A DNA stretch of 63,681 nt, filler included. It is 5 parts of 5 records of this genome, joined end to end, with 100 filler letters (N's around TTAATTAATTAA, not from the genome) between each part and the next. Parts side by side here need not be neighbours in the genome. Positions count along the whole stretch, not along the records: positions 16,627 to 32,859 come from SRR31156797_3748; 4 more parts are not named here. One strand, 5' to 3'. Shown in pieces: positions 20,355-30,565 of the stretch. The notes under the pieces are model-generated. The model made no database searches and was not told where the DNA came from. It worked only from the letters and a program-made list of their open reading frames with translations. Numbering within the stretch: the first letter of the stretch is position 1; the number at the start of each line of letters is the position of its first letter. The position numbers were made by a program, and so were the translations under genes.

Positions 20355-20948
20355 TTGAAAACTATTATCGCATTTATTTCAGGTGGAATCGTTTTTATGA
20401 TATTTCTGCTTGTCATAGGGGCTCATTTCATACTTTCCTTAATAATGGGTATAGTTTGTACAGCAGCGTTATATTTAATATTAGTACCACCTAAAAAAAC
20501 TGATAGATTAACCAAAGAGGAAAAAAATGAATTTGGTGAATTACTAAAAGATGGTTATGGAAAACTTGGCTTTATAAATGCCATATCATATAGAATAGAA
20601 AATAAAGAAATACAGGAACAAATAAGTAAAATCAGCAATTCTGCCAAATGGATATTGGACTATTTGAAGAAAAACCCAAAAGAGATTAGAACCTGTAGGA
20701 GATTTCTTACCTATTATTTAGATACATCACTTAATATTGTTCAAAAATATCAGGGATTAGAGAGCGGTATAGATATGTCTGATGATACGCAGAATAAATT
20801 GACCGCCACGAAAGACGCTATTGTTCTGCTACAAAAATCTTTTGCTAAACAAATTTCAAAACTTGTTGATAACGATCTTGTTGATATTGATGTAGAACTT
20901 GAATTATTAAAAAGAATGGTAGAATCAGAGGGGATAAAGGATGAATAA
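20355..20948 (+). CDS. XpaC-like (5-bromo-4-chloroindolyl phosphate hydrolysis family) protein
   Basis: Two N-terminal TM helices, RRFLTYYLD...KY and C-terminal DLVDIDVELELL. Confidence 0.75.
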   Translation: MKTIIAFISGGIVFMIFLLVIGAHFILSLIMGIVCTAALYLILVPPKKTDRLTKEEKNEFGELLKDGYGKLGFINAISYRIENKEIQEQISKISNSAKWILDYLKKNPKEIRTCRRFLTYYLDTSLNIVQKYQGLESGIDMSDDTQNKLTATKDAIVLLQKSFAKQISKLVDNDLVDIDVELELLKRMVESEGIKDE

Positions 20949-22002
20949 AAATCTAACAATTGGAATTGTACTCTTTGTTGTTGTTGTATTAGTAGGTGCA
21001 TACTTATATTTTTTTGATGGTATGCTGGAAGCACCAACAGAGGTTAACGGATATGTAGGCGGTGAAAAGATACCTTTCCTAAAGGATGAAGAAATAATAA
21101 AAATCCTTGCAAAAAAATATAAAATTGAAGTGGATTATATCAAAGCCGGATCAATCGAAATGGCTCGTGAAGATGTATCAAATATGGACTTCATATTTCC
21201 ATCATCACAAGTAGCCTTGGAAATATTTAAAGACGATAATGAAACTAATATGATAGGCAATGAGATTATCTTCAACTCCCCTATTGTTCTCTACAGCTGG
21301 CAGCAAGTAGCTGATGCATTAGTTAATGAAGGCATAGCAACAAATATACAAGGTATTTATTACAGCGTTGACATGGAGAAATTAGTTGAGTTTATAAAGG
21401 AGCAAAAATCATGGGAGGATATTAATATCAACCTATATGGAAAAATCAAAATTATCTGCACTGATCCATTGAAATCCAATTCAGGAAATATGTACTTAGG
21501 TCTGCTAGTTAATACTCTCGTTGGTAATGTAGCTACAGAAAATGATATACCATTGGTTAAAGATGATATAGAAACTATCTTTAATGATTTAGGTTTCATG
21601 GAATCTTCATCAGGCACATTATTTGACAGATACTTGGTTCGAGGCATAGGTGACTCTCCAATTATTGTTGGATATGAAAGCCAGATGATTGACTTTGCTA
21701 TAAACAATCCTGAAAACTGGCAGAGTATACAAGATGATGTTGCTATTATCTATCCAGAACCAACTGTGTGGAGCGAGCATCCATTCATTGCTTTAACATC
21801 TGAGGGTAAAGATCTAATGGAAGCTCTTCAAGATGAAAAAATTCAAGAAATTGCTGCTGAGCGTTATGGGTTCCGAAATTTATTTGGAGATACCAGCAAT
21901 CAGGAGCTTCCTCAAAATATAGAAATGGTAGATGTAGTTAACCAGATTATGCCAATGCCTAAAGCAAAAGTAATGGAACAAGCTATGAGTATAATAGAAT
22001 AG
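20941..22002 (+). CDS. Membrane-anchored solute-binding-like protein
   Basis: GYVGGEK, FNSPIVLYSW, TDPLKSNSGNMY and YPEPTVWSEHP; paralogous to the SBP part of 18764-20341. Confidence 0.8.
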   Translation: MNKNLTIGIVLFVVVVLVGAYLYFFDGMLEAPTEVNGYVGGEKIPFLKDEEIIKILAKKYKIEVDYIKAGSIEMAREDVSNMDFIFPSSQVALEIFKDDNETNMIGNEIIFNSPIVLYSWQQVADALVNEGIATNIQGIYYSVDMEKLVEFIKEQKSWEDININLYGKIKIICTDPLKSNSGNMYLGLLVNTLVGNVATENDIPLVKDDIETIFNDLGFMESSSGTLFDRYLVRGIGDSPIIVGYESQMIDFAINNPENWQSIQDDVAIIYPEPTVWSEHPFIALTSEGKDLMEALQDEKIQEIAAERYGFRNLFGDTSNQELPQNIEMVDVVNQIMPMPKAKVMEQAMSIIE

Positions 22003-22240
22003 TACAATTTTGTATGCATATATTTTAAGTAAATACAAGATTTAATTGTATTTCATACCATCATTACTTTTATTGCGTATTAATGTTTTCATTTTACTGC
22101 TCTATAATATTAAATGTATTAATATACGTTTACTTTTTTATTAATTTAATTTATTATTAAGTGAATTTCATGCTATAATATATGAATAAGTCGGAAGTAT
22201 CTTAATTATATAAACATGAGGTAAAAGGTAGGGAAAATTT

Positions 22241-22909
22241 ATGCAATACGTTATTGAATCAATTTTTAGCAGTATTTATATGATATTTGCAATTTCAGCA
22301 GGTATTTTAATTTTGAAAAAGGCAACTTCAATTGAGCAAAAGATTATTGGATTGTCAATACTAATTTTGGGTTTAGGAGACAGTACACACCTTGTTCCTA
22401 GAATAATCTCAACCATTATCGGTGATTTTGACCGTCTTGCTGTAAGTCTTGGCATTGGTAAACTAATAACATCTGTTACGATGACGTTTTTTTATCTATT
22501 AATGTATAGATACATTATGATTAGATACAAATATTCGAATTCTGTTGTGAACAAAGCATTTCTGGCATTATTCATTATCAGAATAGTTTTATGTCTGCTT
22601 CCAGCAAACAACTGGACTTCAATAGAAGGAAGTTACTTAATGGGAATAATCCGTAATATACCATTTGTCTTAATGGGACTGATTATTATAAGTTTAGCAA
22701 ATAAATATATGCGCCCACATAATGATGCATATAAGAATTTTGATATTTATGTTGCACTCAGCTTTATATTCTATATAATTGTAGTACTATTCGCTGGTAA
22801 ATATCCTATTTTAGGAATGTTTATGCTGGCAAAAACCGCTTGCTATATGCTAATGATTTATGCAGGAATTCGTACATACTTAATGAAACCAAAAGAGGAT
22901 GAAGCTTAA
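22241..22909 (+). CDS. Conserved 7-TM membrane protein of unknown function
   Basis: LGLGDSTHLVPR, GKLITSVTMT and RNIPF motifs. Confidence 0.75.
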   Translation: MQYVIESIFSSIYMIFAISAGILILKKATSIEQKIIGLSILILGLGDSTHLVPRIISTIIGDFDRLAVSLGIGKLITSVTMTFFYLLMYRYIMIRYKYSNSVVNKAFLALFIIRIVLCLLPANNWTSIEGSYLMGIIRNIPFVLMGLIIISLANKYMRPHNDAYKNFDIYVALSFIFYIIVVLFAGKYPILGMFMLAKTACYMLMIYAGIRTYLMKPKEDEA

Positions 22910-22986
22910 AACTCCATATTAATAATGGAAGTTTAATAATCGCTAAATATAATGTATTAAAAACTATTAAAAACATAAACAGTACA

Positions 22987-23029
22987 AAAGATACCTCCGA
23001 TTGTATGATAAACAATAGGAGGTATCTTT
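22987..23029 (+). terminator. Rho-independent terminator
   Basis: 12-bp stem aaagatacctcc/ggaggtatcttt. Confidence 0.6.
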
Positions 23030-23213
23030 ATACTTTCTAGATTTATTAAGAATTTTAGAATACAAAAAAGATTTTACTGTATGATATGCAAATATTACTA
23101 AACTATTGTATTTTTTCATTTTGTATCAATAATTTAATATTTATTATTATAAACTTGATTATTATGCGTATATGTACTAAAATCAAATATGGAATATTTA
23201 ACAGGAGAGAAAA

Positions 23214-24254
23214 ATGAGTAAAAGATATTTAGTAACTGGAGGAGCAGGTTTCCTTGGAATAAACCTAGTTAGGTTTTTATTAGAAAATGGTCATGATGTA
23301 ACATCTCTGGATTTCGCAGAATTTGACTATCCAGAAAAGGATAAAATCAGAATTATTAAAGGTGACATCAGAAATGCAGATGATGTAAAAGAAGCTATGA
23401 AAGATGCTGACGCAGTTGTGCATTGTGCTGCTGCCCTGCCCCTTTATTCACAGGAAGACATATTTTCAACAGATATTGATGGTACGAGAAATGTACTGCA
23501 GGTGGCACAAAATGCTGGAGTAGAAAGAGTTGTACATATTTCATCCACTGCAGTATACGGAATTCCTGACCATCATCCTTTATTAGAAAATGACAAACTA
23601 GACGGCGTTGGTCCCTATGGTGAAGCTAAAATAAAAGCTGAAGAAGTATGCTTTGAATTCAGAGAAAAAGGTATGTGCATACCAATTATTAGACCAAAAT
23701 CATTTATCGGTCCTGAGAGATTGGGTGTATTTGCACTCCTATATGATTGGGCAAAAGACGGCAAAGGCTTTCCAATGATTGGAAGCGGTAACAACAGATA
23801 TCAGTTGCTTGACGTATATGATTTATGCCGCTCAATTTATCTTTGCTTGACTTTAGATGATAACACAGTAAATGATGTATTTAACATCGGAGCAAAAGAA
23901 TTTACAACAATGAAAGAAGACTATCAGGCAGTACTTGATTATGCTGGATTCGGTAAAAAGATAGTAGGTTTTCCTGCTAAACCAGTAATATGGACATTGC
24001 GCATATTGGAAGCTCTTCATTTATCACCTCTATACAAGTGGGTATATGAGACAGCATGCGAGGATTCTTTCGTATCAATTGATAAAGCTGAAGAAATTCT
24101 AGACTTTACACCCCAGTATTCAAACAAAGATGCTCTGGTACGAAATTATATCTGGTACATTGAAAACCTAGAGAATTTTGAAAAAGCATCTGGTATATCA
24201 CACAGAGTACCATGGAAACAAGGGATTCTAAAACTGGCAAAGATATTCTTTTAA
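23214..24254 (+). CDS. NAD-dependent epimerase/dehydratase (extended SDR)
   Basis: VTGGAGFLG, HISSTAVYG and YGEAK. Confidence 0.92.
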   Translation: MSKRYLVTGGAGFLGINLVRFLLENGHDVTSLDFAEFDYPEKDKIRIIKGDIRNADDVKEAMKDADAVVHCAAALPLYSQEDIFSTDIDGTRNVLQVAQNAGVERVVHISSTAVYGIPDHHPLLENDKLDGVGPYGEAKIKAEEVCFEFREKGMCIPIIRPKSFIGPERLGVFALLYDWAKDGKGFPMIGSGNNRYQLLDVYDLCRSIYLCLTLDDNTVNDVFNIGAKEFTTMKEDYQAVLDYAGFGKKIVGFPAKPVIWTLRILEALHLSPLYKWVYETACEDSFVSIDKAEEILDFTPQYSNKDALVRNYIWYIENLENFEKASGISHRVPWKQGILKLAKIFF

Positions 24255-24446
24255 TTATTAAATATCAATTAGACGCAGTTTCAACCAAGTTAATGTAATT
24301 TCTATATTTTCCATTGAAGTGAGAGATTAATCAATCTAGTTACTTCAATAATAATCCATGTTAATTTTTATACATAACATGGATTTTACTTATATATGGT
24401 ATAAATGATTTGTATATTTGTATAAATATATAAGCGAAAGGGAACT

Positions 24447-25202
24447 ATGAAAAAGAAATTATTTTGTTTTAACCCAACAAAGGAAACATGGATAGCAGTT
24501 ATTATTGGAGTAGTGACTATTTTGCTTTCTTTAGCATTGGACTTAAAAGTCGTTGAAGAAAGTATTGTTGCATCTATTTTCGTTCGGGACATATTGATGA
24601 TTTTTGGAATTGGAATTGTTTTTGTAATTCTAAGAATTAATAAAACTGGCACTTTTAAAGAATTTGGCATAAAGAAAGATAAGTGGTGGCTTGCGCTTTT
24701 AGTTAATATTGTGTTAGCAGCATTACTTGCTTTTGTAATGCTTTCAGATGTGAATATCACAATGTTTAATACGGACAAAGAAACTTTATTATCAGTTGCA
24801 TTTATCATGTTTGCAGGTATTTTTGAAGTTATGCTTTTTTACACTTATCAAAGAGTGGTGTTTGAAGATGCTTTTGGAAAAATACCAGCAATTATATTGG
24901 CAGCTGTATTTTACTCTTTTCACCATGCAGGATTTCAACCAGAATTCTTAAAATTGATTTTTGTAGGAATTATGTATGTAGCTGTTGTTTCAATAAGCAA
25001 TAATCCTCTTTACATATATCCGTTTTTTTGGGGAGTAGGAGGAACGTTGGATGTACTTGTTCAATCAGATGTAGTTGAACCTATTGCAGTGCCAGGGTTA
25101 CGTACATTGATTCTAACAGTATTAACAGTAGTATTCTTAGCAATTTTTATTTTAAGAAAAAGAAAAGAAGATAGTCAAGAAAAAGAAGAAGTTGTAGCGT
25201 AG
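24447..25202 (+). CDS. CPBP/Abi-family intramembrane glutamic protease
   Basis: Multi-TM with GIFEVML...QR and FYSFHHAG motifs. Confidence 0.7.
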   Translation: MKKKLFCFNPTKETWIAVIIGVVTILLSLALDLKVVEESIVASIFVRDILMIFGIGIVFVILRINKTGTFKEFGIKKDKWWLALLVNIVLAALLAFVMLSDVNITMFNTDKETLLSVAFIMFAGIFEVMLFYTYQRVVFEDAFGKIPAIILAAVFYSFHHAGFQPEFLKLIFVGIMYVAVVSISNNPLYIYPFFWGVGGTLDVLVQSDVVEPIAVPGLRTLILTVLTVVFLAIFILRKRKEDSQEKEEVVA

Positions 25203-25367
25203 TAGCAATAAAGGTGAGCATTATGCTCACCTCAGACTGTCAAGAAACCTCATTATCAAAAACAAAATAATGAGGTTTTTTAGTAAGTAATATTATAAAA
25301 GGCTAATGTGTGGGTTTTTGCTCGCAAACAAGTTGGGATAGGGCTATTTGTAAAGACATTTAGGGCT

Positions 25368-26219
25368 TTATTTTTTGTTCTCAGCAGCATTTAATAATTC
25401 TTTTCGCAGCTTGGAACTATATCTCATCTTCCCTTTTGTCTTCTCCCCAAGAGTGATTGCATTATTGCTGCAATTGCTGATACATCTCATACATCTTAGA
25501 CAATTATTTGCATCTACAAATTTAACATCACCGTCTATGATTTTTATATTTCCAATTGGGCAGTTCTTAACACAAATACCGCAATTATTGCATCTCTTCC
25601 TGTCAATTTCGTACGAATGGAATATTCTCTTTTCATTAAACTCTGCAATCTTCCTTGGTAAGTATTGTATAAATATTGGTTTTTTAATAATAATTACTTT
25701 ATTTTGTTCAATTGCATCTACGGTTTTATAAGTAAATTGGTGAATTTGTTGTGACAGTGAACTAGAAAATGATGTTACAAAATCAAAGAATATTTTTTTG
25801 ATTCCTTTTTCTTTACCTGATTTTAGGTTCACAAAACCAGATGATGGGCACTTAAATCCACCAATGCTTGTGATTTTTATACCTTTATGCTTTAATTTGC
25901 ATGACAGATCATAATTAGATAATCCTGAACCAATACAAAAAGTTGAGAAAATAAATGCTGTCTTAGGTAATTTATCAATCTTAACACTATCTATAGCACG
26001 ATCAATAACCATATTCGGATAACTAAAAGCATAACACGGAAATCCAATTCCTAATACTTTGTTTGATAAATCCAAAGACTTAATTAAATCTATATCCTCA
26101 GCACTGATTATTTGTACATTGTAATCATTAGCCTGTAAGTTTTTTTGTAATTCTTTAGCTGCATATTTTGTATTACCTGTTGCAGAAAAATAGATAATAC
26201 ATATTTCTTTTCCACTCAT
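25368..26219 (-). CDS. EFR1-family flavodoxin-ferredoxin fusion (start at 26219 inferred)
   Basis: YFSATGNT flavodoxin loop and two CxxCxxCxxxC motifs (CNNCGICVKNCP, CLRCMRCISNCS). Confidence 0.88.
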   Translation of the reverse strand: MSGKEICIIYFSATGNTKYAAKELQKNLQANDYNVQIISAEDIDLIKSLDLSNKVLGIGFPCYAFSYPNMVIDRAIDSVKIDKLPKTAFIFSTFCIGSGLSNYDLSCKLKHKGIKITSIGGFKCPSSGFVNLKSGKEKGIKKIFFDFVTSFSSSLSQQIHQFTYKTVDAIEQNKVIIIKKPIFIQYLPRKIAEFNEKRIFHSYEIDRKRCNNCGICVKNCPIGNIKIIDGDVKFVDANNCLRCMRCISNCSNNAITLGEKTKGKMRYSSKLRKELLNAAENKK

Positions 26220-26220
26220 A

Positions 26221-26715
26221 TTATACCAATTCCTTAAAAATAAAATACTCTTCATTTTCCTGCTTTATTATTTCAAAAGAAACAGAACCTTCATATGAAC
26301 GTTTAGTCATAAATCTTAATGCAATTGATTTAGAGTAATTTACTGCATCCTCATATGTACGCCATTCATACAATCCCTGACACTCACCAGTTGTATAATC
26401 CACCATCCAATACTTACTGCAAAAACCCCTGAAACCCATAAAAACCATCATTGGTATTCTTGAAAATTTTATATTTTTTTCTGCTGACATATTCTTTGGA
26501 GTAAAGCGTATTTTGAAGACAGCTTTAGCATTAATATATTCTCCCCTTTTATCAAGAATTTTCACATGCCTAAATACGGTGAATTTCTTGCCATCCTCCA
26601 TCGTTATTTCCCTACCAATATCTTCTGGAAAGTATTTCACACGCCTTGCAATTAACAGTCCAATTGTCCCGGAAAAACCAATTATCGGGTTATTCATACT
26701 TAACCTCACTTTCAT
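26221..26715 (-). CDS. YdhR-like (dimeric alpha-beta barrel, putative monooxygenase) protein
   Basis: GFRGFCSKYWMVD...GECQGLYEW pattern. Confidence 0.6.
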   Translation of the reverse strand: MKVRLSMNNPIIGFSGTIGLLIARRVKYFPEDIGREITMEDGKKFTVFRHVKILDKRGEYINAKAVFKIRFTPKNMSAEKNIKFSRIPMMVFMGFRGFCSKYWMVDYTTGECQGLYEWRTYEDAVNYSKSIALRFMTKRSYEGSVSFEIIKQENEEYFIFKELV

Positions 26716-26760
26716 TTTTATACTACATCTGCGTTATTAGTATAACATTGAATAAAATTT

Positions 26761-27327
26761 TTAGTTCTTAATTCCATTTACTAAATAAATTAGTGCATTA
26801 GCCATCTTCTTCTCCATTGTTTCTGATTTATACCCCTGCTTTAAATACCCAGTTACTATCATCTGAAGCATCTCAAATAATTCTTTAGCATCAATATCTT
26901 GCTTTAGGGCACCATTATCGATACCTTTTTGAAAGAAATTAATAATACTCTCTGTAAATTCATCTCTATGCTCTATTACTGATTTCTCAATGGATGGGTA
27001 CTCTCTAAAAATATCATTCATTACATTTGTATACAGAGTATTGAGTATTTTAGGGAAGACATAAGTGATTTTCTCCAGAGCAGTGAAATAATCACTTTCA
27101 CTATCAATTATATTTTTCAGCTGAGTCCTATTATAGTTAATGAATTTAATAATGACTTTTTCGATTACTTCCTCTTTTGAGCTTACTATTCTGTACAGAG
27201 TATTTTTGGCTATGCCTGCTTTTTTTGATAACTGATCCATGTTCCAGCCATTAACACCCTTTGATAAAATAAGTTCAGATGCTGAGTCAATAACATTTTG
27301 ATAATAGTTAATATCATTATACTTCAT
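26761..27327 (-). CDS. TetR/AcrR family regulator
   Basis: GVNGWNMDQLSKKAGIAKNTLYR HTH; TTGACA-17-TAAAAT at 27373-27345. Confidence 0.9.
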   Translation of the reverse strand: MKYNDINYYQNVIDSASELILSKGVNGWNMDQLSKKAGIAKNTLYRIVSSKEEVIEKVIIKFINYNRTQLKNIIDSESDYFTALEKITYVFPKILNTLYTNVMNDIFREYPSIEKSVIEHRDEFTESIINFFQKGIDNGALKQDIDAKELFEMLQMIVTGYLKQGYKSETMEKKMANALIYLVNGIKN

Positions 27328-27459
27328 AATTAACCTCTTATACCATTTTACTGTTTATAGTATATACTGTCAATGTTTTTTTAGTATAAGTTATTACACA
27401 ATTATACCATTTTTTATATTGTTTTTATAAGTATTTATAATCGGACTAGTATATTCAAG

Positions 27460-28269
27460 CTAATCTTTGTCTTTAATTAGCTTACCTGCTATATCATCCA
27501 CTCTTTTTCTAGTATGAAAATCCTTGCTTTCATATTTTTCTACAACCAATTCAGCAAGCTCTAGTTCATCACGAACAGTATCATTATAATCAAATTGCGA
27601 CAGTAGATGGCTGATGCAGTTTAACCTTGCATGTTCTTTAATATCAGATTGCACAATATACCATGGTGATTTTTCTGTATCTGTATGTTTGAACATAATA
27701 TCACGAGCAATAGAATAGTCATCCCATTTTTCTCTTGATGCTATATCAATACTGCCCAGCTTCCATCTCTTTGTAATATCATCATTACGAGCCTGCAGTC
27801 TTCTCTCCTGCTCTTTCTGGCTAACAGCAAACCAGTATTTTATCAGAATAATTCCAGAATCTATAAGCAGATTTTCAAACCTCGGACAGGTCTCAAGGAA
27901 ATTCTCCAATTGTTTTTCATCACAAAATCCCATTACTTTCTCAACACCGGCTCTGTTGTACCATGATCTATCAAATATCACCATCTCCCCAGATGCAGGA
28001 AAGTGCTGAACAAATCTTTGAAAATACCATTGATTTTGCTCACGTTTGGTTGGAGCTGGCAATGCAGCTATTCTACAAACCCTTGGATTTAGTTTCTGCA
28101 TTATTCTTTTTATTGTACCGCCTTTACCAGCAGCATCTCGTCCTTCAAACACAACAATCACTTTTAAGTTATTGTGCTTTATCCATGATTGTAATTTTAT
28201 CAGCTCTAGCTGTATGCGCTTTAGTTCCTTTTCATACTTCTTCTTTGATAGCTTTTTAGTATCTTTCAT
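27460..28269 (-). CDS. ppk2: Polyphosphate kinase 2
   Basis: FEGRDAAGKGG, QWYFQR and FDRSWYNRAGVEKVMGFC. Confidence 0.95.
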   Translation of the reverse strand: MKDTKKLSKKKYEKELKRIQLELIKLQSWIKHNNLKVIVVFEGRDAAGKGGTIKRIMQKLNPRVCRIAALPAPTKREQNQWYFQRFVQHFPASGEMVIFDRSWYNRAGVEKVMGFCDEKQLENFLETCPRFENLLIDSGIILIKYWFAVSQKEQERRLQARNDDITKRWKLGSIDIASREKWDDYSIARDIMFKHTDTEKSPWYIVQSDIKEHARLNCISHLLSQFDYNDTVRDELELAELVVEKYESKDFHTRKRVDDIAGKLIKDKD

Positions 28270-28384
28270 TATTCCTTGCCTCGTGCTTTAATAGTATTAT
28301 ACCAAATATACTAATTACCAATATATTCATCTATTAATATTAATAATACACATTTTGTACTATTAGTCAAATATTTAAGAAGTG

Positions 28385-30334
28385 CTATATCTCCTTTGCT
28401 TCACCTTTATTGTATAGATCACATAATCTCTCTAGAGCTTCAATCTCATACATTATCTTTTCACCTTCATCAGTATCTCGTACTCGAAGCCTATAATCTT
28501 TAATATCACATTCTGAATAATACGACATTATATCCTTGCCTTTTTCAATAATATTTTCTTTTGAAACGAACTTCTCATGAGCTGCCAAGGTTAATCCATA
28601 TGAATTAAAAATCAGAGTATATCCTGCCGTTCCAGTAATAGGATTGTATATTGGATTCAAACCACCATCAATAACTATCAGCTTTCCATTAGCTTTTATT
28701 GGATTCTCTCCATCCTTTGCTCTGACCGGCATATGCCCGTTTATAATATGTGAAAATTCACTTGTCAAGCCAAAATCATTTAATATACTTCTTATTATCT
28801 TCTCATCTTTCCAGAAACTATAATACGGATTCAGCTCCTCTTTATGAGTTTCTTTTTCAGCAATAAAATACCTCTCAAAGGTTTTCATTTCTATTTTACC
28901 AAAAAGCGGTGAATCCTTACCACTCCACAAATACCAAAAAATATCCGTATTGTTGCCTTTGCTAAGTCGATTATCAAAACTTTTTCTAACCCAATTATCA
29001 TATATATCCAATGCATTTTGTCCTACAGATTCATTACCGTAGGTTGGTACAGGTGCAAAAGTACCATCTGCATACATTGGAATACAGCCATGAATTAATA
29101 AATTTGAGTTGTATTTTAAATACATACTACCTTTTCGCAGAAGAAATTCCATATGATCAATCAAGCTATCATTAAAAAGAAATAGCTTCTTTAGTCCCTT
29201 AATAAGTATATTTTCCTCATCTGTCAACTCATATGGATTTACAGGATTTATAGTAGGGAAATTAGTGTCTTTCAGATTATATACATTACCATTAATTATA
29301 ATCTGATTGCTGTCATAATTGATTTTATGCAGCAACCGTCGTGAATCCATCTCGAATTCAGGATTTCTCTCTACAAGCTGACCTTCCAGCTTGAATTGTA
29401 TAATTGAAATTGCTTTGTGCATTCTCCTACGAAGCATTCGCTCTTCATCTTTCAATTCGTTAATGATGACAGTCTTAAAACATACACAGTCATCATCACC
29501 ATAAACTGAGTTAGCAAAAGCAGCTAAATGCCTAATATTTATACCATAGCCATCTTCAAGTATATCCAGATGACCATAACGAGCGCAAATCCTAATTACA
29601 TTTGCAATACATATTTCACTTCCTGCTGCTGCTCCCATCCAAACTATGTCATGATTTCCCCACTGAATATCAACAGAATGGTATTTTATAAGTTCATCAA
29701 TTATATGGTGAGGTCCTGGTCCTCTGTCATATATATCGCCTACAATATGCAGCTTATCTATTGCTAGCCTCTGAATAACATTACATATGGAAATAATGAA
29801 GTTTTCTGCTGCATCAACATCAATTATACTCTCAACAATTGATTTGTAATATTCATCTTTATTTCCACCATGTTCAGTCTCATGGAGAAGCTCCTCTATT
29901 ATATATTGATGTTCCTTTGGCAGTGCCTTACGAACTTTGCTTCTAGTATATTTCCTAGATACTACTCTGCAAATAATTATTAGATTCTGTATTGTCGCCC
30001 TATACCAGTTTTCTAAATCAATTTCCTGCTCTTTTATTATATTTATAGTTTCCTCAGGATAAGAAATGCAAATTGATAATTTATCTCTTTCAACAGGTGA
30101 TAATGTTCTGGATAGTTCGTTGTCAATTTTTCTTCTGATAACACCTGAGCAGTTCTTTATCATGTGCTTAAATGCCATGTGCTCTCCGTGTATATCTGAT
30201 ATAAAATGTTCAGTTGATTTAGGTAGATTGAGTATTGCTTTCAAATTTATTATTTCACTGCTTGCAGAAACCTTACTTGGGAATTCCTTCTGCATCATAA
30301 TTTGAAACATTTTTTCATTATATTTTTCATCCAT
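28385..30334 (-). CDS. fbp: Fructose-1,6-bisphosphatase class III
   Basis: EIINLKAILNLPK.TEHFISDIHGE, GDIYDRGP, WGNHD, INGHMPV and IVIDGG. Confidence 0.95.
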   Translation of the reverse strand: MDEKYNEKMFQIMMQKEFPSKVSASSEIINLKAILNLPKSTEHFISDIHGEHMAFKHMIKNCSGVIRRKIDNELSRTLSPVERDKLSICISYPEETINIIKEQEIDLENWYRATIQNLIIICRVVSRKYTRSKVRKALPKEHQYIIEELLHETEHGGNKDEYYKSIVESIIDVDAAENFIISICNVIQRLAIDKLHIVGDIYDRGPGPHHIIDELIKYHSVDIQWGNHDIVWMGAAAGSEICIANVIRICARYGHLDILEDGYGINIRHLAAFANSVYGDDDCVCFKTVIINELKDEERMLRRRMHKAISIIQFKLEGQLVERNPEFEMDSRRLLHKINYDSNQIIINGNVYNLKDTNFPTINPVNPYELTDEENILIKGLKKLFLFNDSLIDHMEFLLRKGSMYLKYNSNLLIHGCIPMYADGTFAPVPTYGNESVGQNALDIYDNWVRKSFDNRLSKGNNTDIFWYLWSGKDSPLFGKIEMKTFERYFIAEKETHKEELNPYYSFWKDEKIIRSILNDFGLTSEFSHIINGHMPVRAKDGENPIKANGKLIVIDGGLNPIYNPITGTAGYTLIFNSYGLTLAAHEKFVSKENIIEKGKDIMSYYSECDIKDYRLRVRDTDEGEKIMYEIEALERLCDLYNKGEAKEI

Positions 30335-30565
30335 TCTTTTCTTCTCCTAATACTATTTAATATATCTGTCTTGATATTATTTATCATTTTATTTATTTTA
30401 ACAAAATATTATTTGTGAAGCAATTTTTGTTTTCATTTATTTTCGTATATTTTCTAAATACTATATTGACTTTTTATAATCTGTTGTTATAATATACATA
30501 ACGTTATATTTTATGTAACGTTGATATTTTATTAAAGACTAATATTACTTTGAAAGGATATAAAT

